Source: Amphiscolops sp. MND2022
Taxonomy: Eukaryota
NCBI GenBank assembly: GCA_964187785.1
Contig: OZ076411.1
Coordinates: 54,870,001-54,934,000 of the forward strand
Direction of reading: 5' to 3'
DNA: 64,000 bases
The translations under genes and the position numbers were made by a program. Positions within the stretch are counted from its first letter, which is position 1. Each line of letters starts with the position of its first letter. The notes below the pieces were generated by a model. The model did not search any database, was not told the origin of the DNA, and was given only the letters and a program-made list of their open reading frames with translations. Positions 51,197 to 62,500 of this stretch are shown here, piece by piece.

Positions 51197-53818
51197 GTAA
51201 GTGTTTCGATCGATGATACATTTGGAAAACGATTGATAACGTTGTAGTGTTATTAGCCGCAAACTACGATTCAGTTACTCCCCCAACCACGTACTGAACG
51301 TGATTTGTTCACTTTACTATCACTAGTGAACCTTTACTATCATAGAGTAGCAACGAAAACTTTGTTTGAGGGAAATGTTCCGCAAAACCTTGAAAAAGTT
51401 CAGGCCCTCTGAAAGAAAAAGTGGGGGCAAAAAACTACCGATTATTTTCTGGACTGATTAATCGTTCCCTAAGAGCTTAGGCTGCATTCGGTCACACTTG
51501 CTATCTTTTTTATTCAAATCACAGCTTCATACTTTAGTTGAAGTAACAAAGCCTATATTCCAATTTCTTTGTTACACTCACTAGTTTTGCGCTTTTGCAA
51601 AGCTGAAAATTTAGGAGGATTTTTTGGGAATTTTTCAAAAAGTGTTAACTTAGGCACGTTTTGTTTTTAAACTTATTGCGGCAAAACTTCTGTGGTAATG
51701 ATATAGTTGTTGAAATTTGTTTGCAATTTTGAAAATTTTACGGATCCCCGCAGGGGTCGATTTGAAGTAATCCTCTTTTGGATGCATCAAAAATTGCTCT
51801 GTTCCCTCGCTACAAGAAAGTGAAGGTCAAATAGTCACTAAAAGACTGCGGTAGTCGAAAATGCAATGTGGTGTGGAAATACTTTGTCGCTGAAGCTGGG
51901 TGGGTACTGCAAATTACATTTCTCCCAATTTATTATTGGTCATCGTGAAAAACTTTTAAAGCCTTTTAATCTAAATAACCTGTAATACTTTGATTGCTCA
52001 TTTGGAAAGATGATAGTTGTTCTCAAAGTTTCCACGCTCCCTCTTCGGCTCAGCGCAATCGATTTTTGGACAAGAGCTGAATGTTTTAGCTGAACACAGC
52101 AATTTGGTTTTGCGTTGCGTTGTTTTTTCCAGTGTTTCTGCTATTCTAACTCTGCTTGTTTTACGCGATATTTCTGATTACGTTTGATAAACATACTGTC
52201 TTCGGGTTGCATTACGCCTAGCAATTGAATATTTTTGAATTGTTTTTTCTGCATGGGTTTTGCGCATTTGTTTCTTCTAAAACTTCGTGTAAAAGATCAG
52301 ATGAGAATGTATTTCTGATTGTTGACTCAGCTCATTCTCTCACGAAGCTCTGTCTTTTTGGAGCTGGAAGAAATAGGAGGCGTCTTGTATACGAACGAGT
52401 CAGAATTTGACGTGTCTTACTCTTCTGCCGCATGGTTTATAATTGGAGAAGTCTAGCGTAGTGAGCTTTTTTCCCATGTCAGCTAAATGCATAAGATTTG
52501 TCGCCTAGCTGTTAGACTTTTGACAAAAATTTCACCCTGTCCGAATGATGCTACTAGTTTTGGATGTTCATGAAAAGACGGAATAATAAATTTTTGCTCT
52601 CAAGCAACCTAATGCTTTGATGCCACTGAATTTACGCATGATCGCTGAGTAAAACGTTCTGGGAATCACTAAGAGTTGGCATATTGTAAGGCACGTAGAA
52701 TACGTTTTATAGTTGAGCCCTCTTGCTCGAAAACTACCAAGGATTCCACATTTCAAAACAGTTACACAGTACCAAATGAATCAAAAGGTGGATGAACCAT
52801 TTGGGCTTTTAAGTTTTTAAAGCACTGTTTTATTCAGAAAAAAATACATTCCGATCAAAGGTTTTTCATTTCATGTACATGTAATCAATGTAGACGGACA
52901 AGTAGGCGTGAAAATGAGCAATTTTACAAAATGTCAAGGGACAATGAAAGCCGATCCTGAGAATTATTGAAATAGGCACCCTAAATGGAACGTCCAGTGC
53001 CTAGTACCGGCGAATTGGATTTTTTTCAACAATGGTATTCATCCACTCTGATCTTCGCAACAGTTCCCAGAAGTTCAGAAAGTTGAAAAACTTACCTTTG
53101 TGATGCGATATTTGATATTTAAAAAATCATTTTCAAGCTTGTATTTCTGTCGAGGGAATGTCAAAATTAATTTGAAACAGAATGACCAGCCCTGATTTCA
53201 GTTTTGATTTTTTCAGCCAATTTTGATTCATTAGTTGCAATCCTTTAATTGTAGTTATCTTTTGTTCTAAATTTGAAAAAAGTGCTGCTATAATCAGGTA
53301 AAGAAGCTTAAAGTCCATTTGCATGCTTAGTGAAACTTGAGGCTTGCACTTCTGAAAAATTCAAGAATAACGATTGTCCAGAAAAATGAGCCTGGAAGTA
53401 CTACCAACTTTTTCAAATAAAAGTGTTTGCATAAATGAAGCCGAATGTTGACAAAAATCTGTGGTTCCATCCATTTCATTGCTTCTAAGTGAAAAATCGT
53501 TCCAGTGGGTTCTATCTTGCTCAGCAATGTCATCGGTAGACACCACCTCGAAGTTTTAAGTTCATTTCGAGGTATAAAATGATATTCTTAAAATGTGTTT
53601 TCTTCGAAGTCATCGAGAAGGGAATGGCTCAATGAGGGTTAATACCATCACTGGTCTTGGCGCCCACAAAGAAAAAAAAATCAAGTACGTTCTCGAGAGT
53701 CTTCTGTCTCATCACAGTGGTTTGTGTAATCAAGATTGAGACCCACTGAATTGACTGCCATTTGTTCAGAGTATATTATATTTAGGGAATCTTGTTCTTA
53801 GAACTTCTTTTTTTTCAG

Positions 53819-54035
53819 TGCCAGAAGTTGCATATTGGCCGATGAAATGGGACTGGGCAAAACCATACAAACGATCTCCTTCATTTCTTTCCTTTTTCAT
53901 GACCATAAAGTTTATGGTCCAAATCTTGTAGTAGTTCCACTTTCCACAATGGGTGCTTGGCTTAAAGAGTTTGACTTGTGGGCGAAAGAAATCAATGTGG
54001 TGCCTTATATCGGTGACATGAAAAGCCGTGAAATC
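53819..54035 (+). CDS. CHD1: CHD1 exon, Walker A / motif Ia
   Basis: ttttcag/gttagt sites; [16 protein letters not shown]...LVVVPLST. Confidence 0.96.
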
Positions 54036-54911
54036 GTTAGTATATTATGAACATTCGCTGATATTTTGGAGCCTAGTTTGGTCATCCCATTCAATTTTTC
54101 TCAATGCTTTTTCCGTCATGTCCAATGATCATTTTTTCTGAAATTTTTATTCAACATATCCATGGCTTTCGCAATTTGAAGGATAGAAATTGTTCCAACG
54201 AAGTGGGAAGTCATTCACCTAAGATAAAACTGTTTCGTTTTACCTTTTCAAAAAAACAATTCCGCAAAGCATTGGTGTTGCACTTGTTTGTTTACGTGGC
54301 CTATTTTCGATCAGAGTTTGAAAATTTTTACTATATGAAATGTACAAAAAATTTACTTTTGAAGGATTTCATAATAGTAATTTTGATTGATTGAATCGCT
54401 CAATCATGTTTCTTGGTATCATTTCAACGAAAGAGATTTTTATCAGTAGAAATGATCATCGTTGGCTGTAACGAATTCAAGAAAGCGGAACACAAAAAAT
54501 AGTTTTGATGAAAACTCGGTAGTTGTGGAAATTTTTATCCAGTGGTTTCTTCCTAATACCGAAAAAGCCTAAATATGTTCAAAAAGCAAAACTCGATAGT
54601 CGTGAAAAATTCTATCCAGTGGCTTCTTCACTGAATACAATATTGAAAAAGCCTAAACAATGTTCAAAAAGAACAAAACAGCAAAGTATATTACTTTCCT
54701 TCGTACTCCAGAATACTGCATTGCCGCAGAAAATCTATGAGTTTTTTGAGGAAAAACTGTAAAATTTAATCTGACTAATTCGAAATCCAAAGAAGCATTT
54801 TTGATCAGTTAAATACCAAAATACGTTTTCAGAAATTGAACCTCAAACCTACGAAAATAGAATATGATGAACCTTGTAGTGTCTTGTGTCATCGGCTAGT
54901 TTTTATTGCAG

Positions 54912-55189
54912 ATCAGGAATACGGAGTGGACACAGAAAAACAGAAGATTGAAGTTCAATGTCATTGTTACAACTTACGAAATTCTCATGAAAGATAGGGT
55001 CTTCCTGCACAACATTCAGTGGTCTGTGTTGATGGTAGACGAAGCACATCGTTTAAAGAATGATGATTCGCTTTTGTACAAAAGTTTGATAGAGTTCTCG
55101 ACACAACACCGACTCCTTATTACTGGAACACCTTTGCAAAATTCGCTTAGAGAACTCTGGGCACTTCTTCATTTCATTGAGCCATCAAA
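54912..55189 (+). CDS. CHD1: CHD1 exon, DEAH box and motif III
   Basis: ttgcag/gtaagt sites; TTYEI...[12 protein letters not shown]...[20 protein letters not shown]. Confidence 0.97.
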
Positions 55190-55415
55190 GTAAGTATGTT
55201 TCTATTTGTTCGAATAATGAGCTTTCAATCGTACATCGAGTTGAATTTTCTCAACTTTGGATGTTGACGTATTTCCAGATACTTTAATATTTTATTCAAG
55301 TTATTCTAGCGAAGACAAAGGCTCATGTATCAGTTCATTTTTCTGATCATCATACTAAATATTTAGATTCTCATTTGTAGAAAGTTAGTTTCGTGAAGTT
55401 AATTATGTTTTGAAG

Positions 55416-55610
55416 GTTTGATTCCTGGGAAGATTTCGAAGAAAACAATCAGCCAAGCAGAGGTGGTCTTGATGGGTACACTCGGCTGCACAGAACTATC
55501 AAACCTTTCTTTTTGCGCCGGTTGAAGAAAGAAGTCGAGAAAAGTTTACCAGCGAAAGTTGAACAAATTCTGCGCGTGGACATGTCTAAAATCCAGAAAC
55601 AATATTATAA
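55416..55610 (+). CDS. CHD1: CHD1 exon ([31 protein letters not shown])
   Basis: ttttgaag/gtgagt sites, phase-consistent. Confidence 0.95.
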
Positions 55611-55674
55611 GTGAGTTCAATTTTGTTAGCAGGGATATCGTGAAAGAAATCAAAGTGATGAATGTTTTTTTCAG

Positions 55675-55837
55675 ATGGATTTTAACGCGAAATTATGAAG
55701 CCTTAAACCGGGGTCTGAAGGGAAGCACAAACAGTTTGTTAAACATAATTGTCGAGTTGAAGAAATGTTGCAATCATCCTTGGTTGATACGCCCTCTTGA
55801 CCCAGACAACGAACCATCGGATCAGGATAAACTTCAA
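55675..55837 (+). CDS. CHD1: CHD1 exon (WILTRNY...[15 protein letters not shown])
   Basis: ttttcag/gtaata sites. Confidence 0.95.
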
Positions 55838-55910
55838 GTAATATTTCATAAATCAACATGAAGCTTCAATATTTTCATTCATACGTTTCATTGAGTGTAT
55901 TTTGTTTTAG

Positions 55911-56063
55911 CAAATTGTCCGCGGAGGAGGCAAACTGTGGTTGCTGGATAAACTGCTGGTGAGGTTGTTTGAAACGAAGCATCGTGTGCTAATTTTCTCG
56001 CAAATGGTTATGATGCTCGACATTCTTGCTGAATATTTAACTCTGCGAAATTTTACATTCCAG
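55911..56063 (+). CDS. CHD1: CHD1 exon, start of helicase C lobe ([10 protein letters not shown]...[20 protein letters not shown])
   Basis: ttttag/gtaatt sites; the expected next exon (RLDG...) is absent from 56064-64000. Confidence 0.95.
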
Positions 56064-56569
56064 GTAATTATTCTTCAAACTTTTCGTGTGAGTGAGCAAA
56101 TATCCACGTGATGAGGAAACCAACTGGACGTCTAACAACGCTACATGGTAAATACATTTAGGAGCATGGTTGTCAAATTGAAGTTCGGCATATATGCATG
56201 TCATCGTCCACCACAACGATAATGTGTATATTCTCGCAACCCTACAATTGATGATAACCATGTGATGCTTTTTCCTCAAGGACTGAATTCAATTTTGACG
56301 ACTTCCGCAGGGTTCTGCATGGTGTTCCTCAGGGTTCTGAGATCCATTTGCTAAAAACGTGAAATACTTCGGTGCGATATGAGATATTCAGATTGTTCCA
56401 CGTTTTTTCCGAATCCTCCAATGATTTCTTGGGAAGCATATCGTATCAACCCATCATGGATACCTCAAAAATTTCAGCACTTTTTTGTGCCCTTTGGACT
56501 TTTTTTGGGAGCATTTGTTTTCATTGACTCTATTTGATGATCAGCAGAGATTATCGAAAGCAATGGCTG

Positions 56570-59500
56570 ATCGAATGAAACATGCAGCTTCCTTTGAGCA
56601 CTTCTATTCGTTCCATCCGTTCGGTACCCAGAATGTCTCAAGATGGTTTCGGACTGTCAATCTCGAACTTCTGACTTGACTTTTTGGTATTACGTTTCTG
56701 TGTTTAGGGTTGTGATCAGAGTATGTTCCTGATCATATCATGTTGAGCCCTGATCCGCTGGAATTTTTGCCACCGATCGCGCCTAAATCGATCCAGTTTT
56801 TCGATCGTTTTGGAATGTCTGTTTCGGGATAACCATGGGGTATAAGGACGGCATTTCAATTGGCTGACACTCGTGAATTCAAGTGGGATAGTCAACATTT
56901 CCCTCGCTCTGGCGTTTTTGAGTTTTAATAGAAAAAAAATTGTTTAGAAAACGCCCTGTAGTGACTCTGGGTTGTAATCCACGTTTAATATTTCAACCTG
57001 GTTTCGAAGGCGTCTGCATGGAAATGAGCTTCTTGATGTTTTCTACGGTCGAGTTGGTAGCATTTGCAACTGCGATCAACTTGCGCCTGAAAAGCTTCTG
57101 ATGTGATAAGCCGAATTTGTCTCGAAGTGTTCTTTGATTCAGGTTTCTTTTGGGTCTTTCGATTGCCTGACATTGGAGCAAAGTTTCTTCTCGGCTTTCA
57201 TTGAAAAGTCAGCAATTGGCATAGTAAAATTTGGTCAATTCAATTAGCGTGTGATTGACTTGTGTGCAATACCTAGCGTCAGATCTGGAAGTCAATCTTT
57301 CGTAAACACGAAAGTTCGATTCGCTGAAATTGCAGTTTTCCAGTCACATTTGTGAACTGACAAGTATTGTAGGTAAACGATACCCACCAATCAATGTATT
57401 TTATGGTGAATTTTCTAGCGCGTAGTTTGCCCCCATAGACGCACAGCACCGTAGAAATTGAGTAGGACATGAGTTTTGCCATTTTGACGTGAAGTCGAAC
57501 AGGACTCAAGTTAAGCTGTCGGATTGATATCCCTTTGAATTTACCATTTTTAGCGCCAATTCTTAACCGATTCGTTTTGATTGTTGATGCTCTCTGTTTT
57601 GTCATCTTTGAGCTCAGCTAAGTTCAGTTCCTGATTGCATTTTTGAGTTGACTGACATTTGTAAATGATTCTAATCTCGATTGTCACGGTTTATATCTTT
57701 GTCGTTCAGTAGTCGGATTTCTGAAACGGCAACGTAGTAGGAGAGCAATTGAAACGTACAGCTTCCTTCGAGCACTTCTGTTCGTTCCATCCTTTCTGTA
57801 ACCAAAGTCTCGATCAGTGTTGTTTCGGACTGTCAATCTCGAACTTCTTACTTGACTTTTTGGTATTTCGATTCTGTGTTTAGGGTTGTGATCGGATCGT
57901 GTTCCGGATCATAGCATGTGTTGAGCCCTGATCTGCAATTTTTGCCACCGATCGCGCCTAAACCGATCCACTTTTTCGCTCGTTTTGGAATGTCTATTTC
58001 GGGATAACCATGGGATATAATGACGGCATTTCAATTGGCTGACACTCGTGAATTCAAGTGGGATAGTCAACATTTCCCTCGCTCTGGCGTTTTTGAGTTT
58101 TAATAGAAAAAAAATTGTTTAGAAAACGCCCTGTAGTGACTCTGGGTTGTAATTCACGTTTAATATTTCAACCTGGTTTCAAAGGCGTCTGCATGGATAT
58201 GAGCTTCTTGTTGTTTTCTACGGTCGAGCTGGTAGCATTTGCAACTGCGATCAACTTGCGCCTGAAAAGCTTCTGATGTGATGAGTCGAATTTGTCTCGG
58301 AAGTGTTATTCTTTGATTCAGGTTTCCTTTGGGTCTTTCGATTGCCTGACATTGGAGCAAATTTTCGTCTCAGGTTTCATTGAACAGTCAGCAATTGGCA
58401 TGGTGAAATTTGGTCAATTGAATTAGCGTGTGTGTGATTGACTCGTGTGCGATGCCTGACAGATCTGGAAGTCTCAGGTTTCATTGAACAGTCAGCAATT
58501 GGCATGGTGAAATTTGGTCAATTGAATTAGCGTGTGTGTGATTGACTCGTGTGCGATGCCTGACAGATCTGGAAGTCATTCGAAATTACAAAAATTCGAT
58601 TCATTGAAACTGCAGTTTCTAAGTCACCTTTGTGAACTGTCAAGTATTTAGGTAAACGATATCTCCACCGCTCTACGTTTTTACGGTAGTTTCCAGCGTG
58701 TAGTTTGGCCCATAGACGCACAGCACCATGGAAGTTGAGTAGGACGTAAGTTTTGTCATTTTGACGTGCGGTCGAACAGGACTCAGTTGAAGCTCGAGGA
58801 TTGATAGCTCTTTGAAACCTACGAACCCTGAGCTCCGGTTCTTGGCTATTTTGTTTTGATAGTTGATGCTCTCTGCTTTCTCATGTTTGAGCTCGGCTAA
58901 GTTTACTTCCTGGTTGCATGTTTGAGTTAACTGACGTTTGTAAATGACTCGATATTGTCACGGTCACTAGCTTTGTCGCTGATTAGTCAGATTTCGAAAA
59001 CAACATCGTAGCAGTGCGAGAGCGATTGAAACGTACAGCATCCTCCGAGCACTTCTATTCGTTCTGTCTTTTCTGTAACCGAATTGTCTCGGTCAATATT
59101 GTTTCGGACTGTCAATCTCGAACTTCTGACTTGACTTTTTGGTATTACGCTTCTGTGTTTAGGGTTGTGATCGGAGTTTGTTCCGTATCATATCATTGTT
59201 GAACCCTGATCCGCGGCAATTTTTGCCACCGATCGCTCCTAAATCGATCCAATTTTTCGATCGTATTGGAATGTCTCTATTTCGGGATAACCATGGGATG
59301 TGAGGGCGGCATTTGAATTGGCTGACACTCGTGAATTCAAGTGGGATAGTCAACACTTCCCTCGCTCTGGCGTTTTTGGGTTTTCATTTAGGAAAATTTT
59401 AGAAAACGTTCTGTAGTGACTCTGGGTTGTAATCCACATTTAATCTTTCAACCTGGTTTCAAAGGCGTCTGCATGGATATAAGCTTCTTGTTTTCTACGG

Positions 59501-62500
59501 TCGAGCCGGTAGCATTTGCAACTGCGATCAACTTGCGCCTGAAAAGCTTCTGATGTGATAAGTCGAATTTGTCTCGAAGTGTTATTCTTTGATTCAGGTT
59601 TCCTTCGGGTCTTTCGATTGCCTGACATTGGAGCAAAATTTCGTCTCGGCTTCCATTGAGCAGTCAGCAATTGGCATGGTGAAATTTGGTCAATTGAATT
59701 AGCGTGTGTGTGATTGACTCGTATGCGATACCTGACATCAGATCTGGAAGTCATTCGAAATTACAAAAATTCGATTGCTTGAAACTGCAGTTTCTAAGTC
59801 CTTTGTGAACTGTCAAGTATTTAGGTAAACGATATCTCCACCGCTCCATGTTTTTACGGTAGTTTTCAGCGTGTAGTTTGGCCCATAGACGCACAGCACC
59901 ATGGAAGTTGAGTAGGACGTAAGTTTTGTCATTTTGACGTGCGGTCGAACAGAACTCAGGTGAAGCTCGGGGATTGATAGCCCTTTGAAACCTACGAACC
60001 CTGAGCGCCGGTTCTTGGCTATTTTGTTTTGATCGTTGATGCTCTCTGCTTTTTCATGTTTGAGCTCGGCTAAGTTTACTTCCTGGTTGCATGTTTGAGT
60101 TAACTGACGTTTGTAAATGACTCGATATTGTCACGGTCACTAGCTTTGTCGCTGATTAGTCAGATTTCGGAAACAACATCGTAGCAGTGCGAGAGCGATT
60201 AAAACGTACAGCATCCTTCGAGCACTTCTGTTCGTTCTATCCTTTCTGTAACCAAATTGTCTCGGTCAATATTGTTTCGGACTGTCAATCTCGAACTTCT
60301 GACTTGACTTTTTGGTATTACGCTTCTGTGTTTAGGGTTGTGATCGGAGTTTGTTCCGTATCATATCATTGTTGAACCCTGATCCGCGGCAATTTTTGCC
60401 ACCGATCGCGACTAAATCGATCCAATTTTTCGATCGTATTGGAATGTCTCTATTTCGGGATAACCATGGGATGTAAGGGCGGCATTTGAATTGGCTGACA
60501 ATCGTGAATTCAAGTGGGATAGTCAACACTTCCCTCGCTCTGGCGTTTTTGGGTTTTCATTTAAGAAAAATTTTAGAAAACGTTCTGTAGTGACTCTAAG
60601 TTGTAATCCACATTTAATATTTCAACCTGGTTTCAAAGGCGTCTGCATGGATAAAAGCTTCTTGTTTTCTACGGTCGAGCTGGTAGCATTTGCAACTGCG
60701 ATCAACTTGCGCCTGAAAAGCTTCTGATGTGATAAGTCGAATTTGTCTCGAAGTGTTATTCTTTGATTCAGGTTTCCTTTGAGTCTTTCGATTACCTGAC
60801 ATTGGAGCAAAATTTCGTCTCGGCTTCCATTGAACAGTCAGCAATTGGCATGGTGAAATTTGGTCAATTGAATTAGCGTGCGTGTGATTGACTCGTGTGC
60901 GATACCTGACATCAAATCTAGTAGTCATTCGAAATTACAAAAATTCGATTCCTTGAAACTGCAGTTTCTAAGTCACCTTTGTGAACTGTCAAGTATTTAG
61001 GTAAACGATATCTCCAGCGCTCTATGTTTTCACGGTAGTTTCCAGCGTGTAGTTTGGCCCATAGACGCACAGCACCATGGAAGTTGAGTTGGACGTAAGT
61101 TTTGTCATTTTGACTTGCGGTCGAACAGGACTCAGTTGAAGCTCGAGGATTGATAGCCCTTTGAAACCTACGAACCCTGGGCGCCTGTTCTTGGCTATTT
61201 TGTTTTGATCGTTGATGCTCTCTGCTTTGTCATGTATGAGCTCGGCTAAGTTTACTTCCTGGTTGCATGTTTGAGTTAACTGACGTTTGTAAATGACTCG
61301 ATATTGTCACGGTCACTAGCTTTGTCGCTGATTAGTCAGATTTCGAAAACAACATCGTAGCAGTGCGAGAGCGATTAAAACGTACAGCATCCTTCGAGCA
61401 CTTCTGTTCGTTCTATCCTTTCTGTAACCAAATTGTCTCGGTCAATATTGTTTCGGACTGTCAATCTCGAACTTCTGACTTGACTTTTTGGTATTACGCT
61501 TCTGTGTTTAGGGTTGTGATCGGAGTTTGTTCCGTATCATATCATTGTTGAACCCTGATCCGCGGCAATTTTTGCCACCGATCGCGACTAAATCGGTCCA
61601 ATTTTTCGATCGTATTGGAATGTCTCTATTTCGGGATAACCATGGGATGTAAGGGCGGCATTTGAATTGGCTGACAATCGTGAATTCAAGTGGGATAGTC
61701 AACACTTCCCTCGCTCTGGCGTTTTTGGGTTTTCATTTAAGAAAAATTTTAGAAAACGTTCTGTAGTGACTCTAAGTTGTAATCCACATTTAATATTTCA
61801 ACCTGGTTTCAAAGGCGTCTGCATGGATAAAAGCTTCTTGTTTTCTACGGTCGAGCTGGTAGCATTTGCAACTGCGATCAACTTGCGCCTGAAAAGCTTC
61901 TGATGTGATAAGTCGAATTTGTCTCGAAGTGTTATTCTTTGATTCAGGTTTCCTTTGGGTCTTTCGATTACCTGACATTGGAGCAAAATTTCGTCTCGGC
62001 TTCCATTGAACAGTCAGCAATTGGCATGGTGAAATTTGGTCAATTGAATTAGCGTGTGTGTGATTGACTCGTGTGCGATACCTGACATCAAATCTAGTAG
62101 TCATTCGAAATTACAAAAATTCGATTCCTTGAAACTGCAGTTTCTAAGTCACCTTTGTGAACTGTCAAGTATTTAGGTAAACGATATCTCCAGCGCTCTA
62201 TGTTTTCACGGTAGTTTCCAGCGTGTAGTTTGGCCCATAGACGCACAGCACCATGGAAGTTGAGTTGGACGTAAGTTTTGTCATTTTGACTTGCGGTCGA
62301 ACAGGACTCAGTTGAAGCTCGAGGATTGATAGCCCTTTGAAACCTACGAACCCTGGGCGCCTGTTCTTGGCTATTTTGTTTTGATCGTTGATGCTCTCTG
62401 CTTTGTCATGTTTGAGCTCGGCTAAGTTTACTTCCTGGTTGCATGTTTGAGTTAACTGACGTTTGTAAATGACTCGATATTGTCACGGTCACTAGCTTTG

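Larger units (their letters stand above)
42861..56063 (+). other. CHD1: CHD1/CHD2-family chromodomain helicase gene, partial span (12 coding exons; start exon and 3' exons not found in window)
   Basis: Exons joined at GT-AG sites with matching phases give one open frame. It contains YGIRRSGR, chromo1 ([17 protein letters not shown]), chromo2 (YFVKWRGLPYVECSWE), [42 protein letters not shown] and RVLIFSQMV, all characteristic of CHD1/2. Confidence 0.96.

Noticed and set aside
60715-60760. Hammerhead ribozyme (retrozyme-like array)
   Set aside because: The core reads CTGATGTGA rather than CTGANGA, and no stem II/GAAA arrangement was evident.
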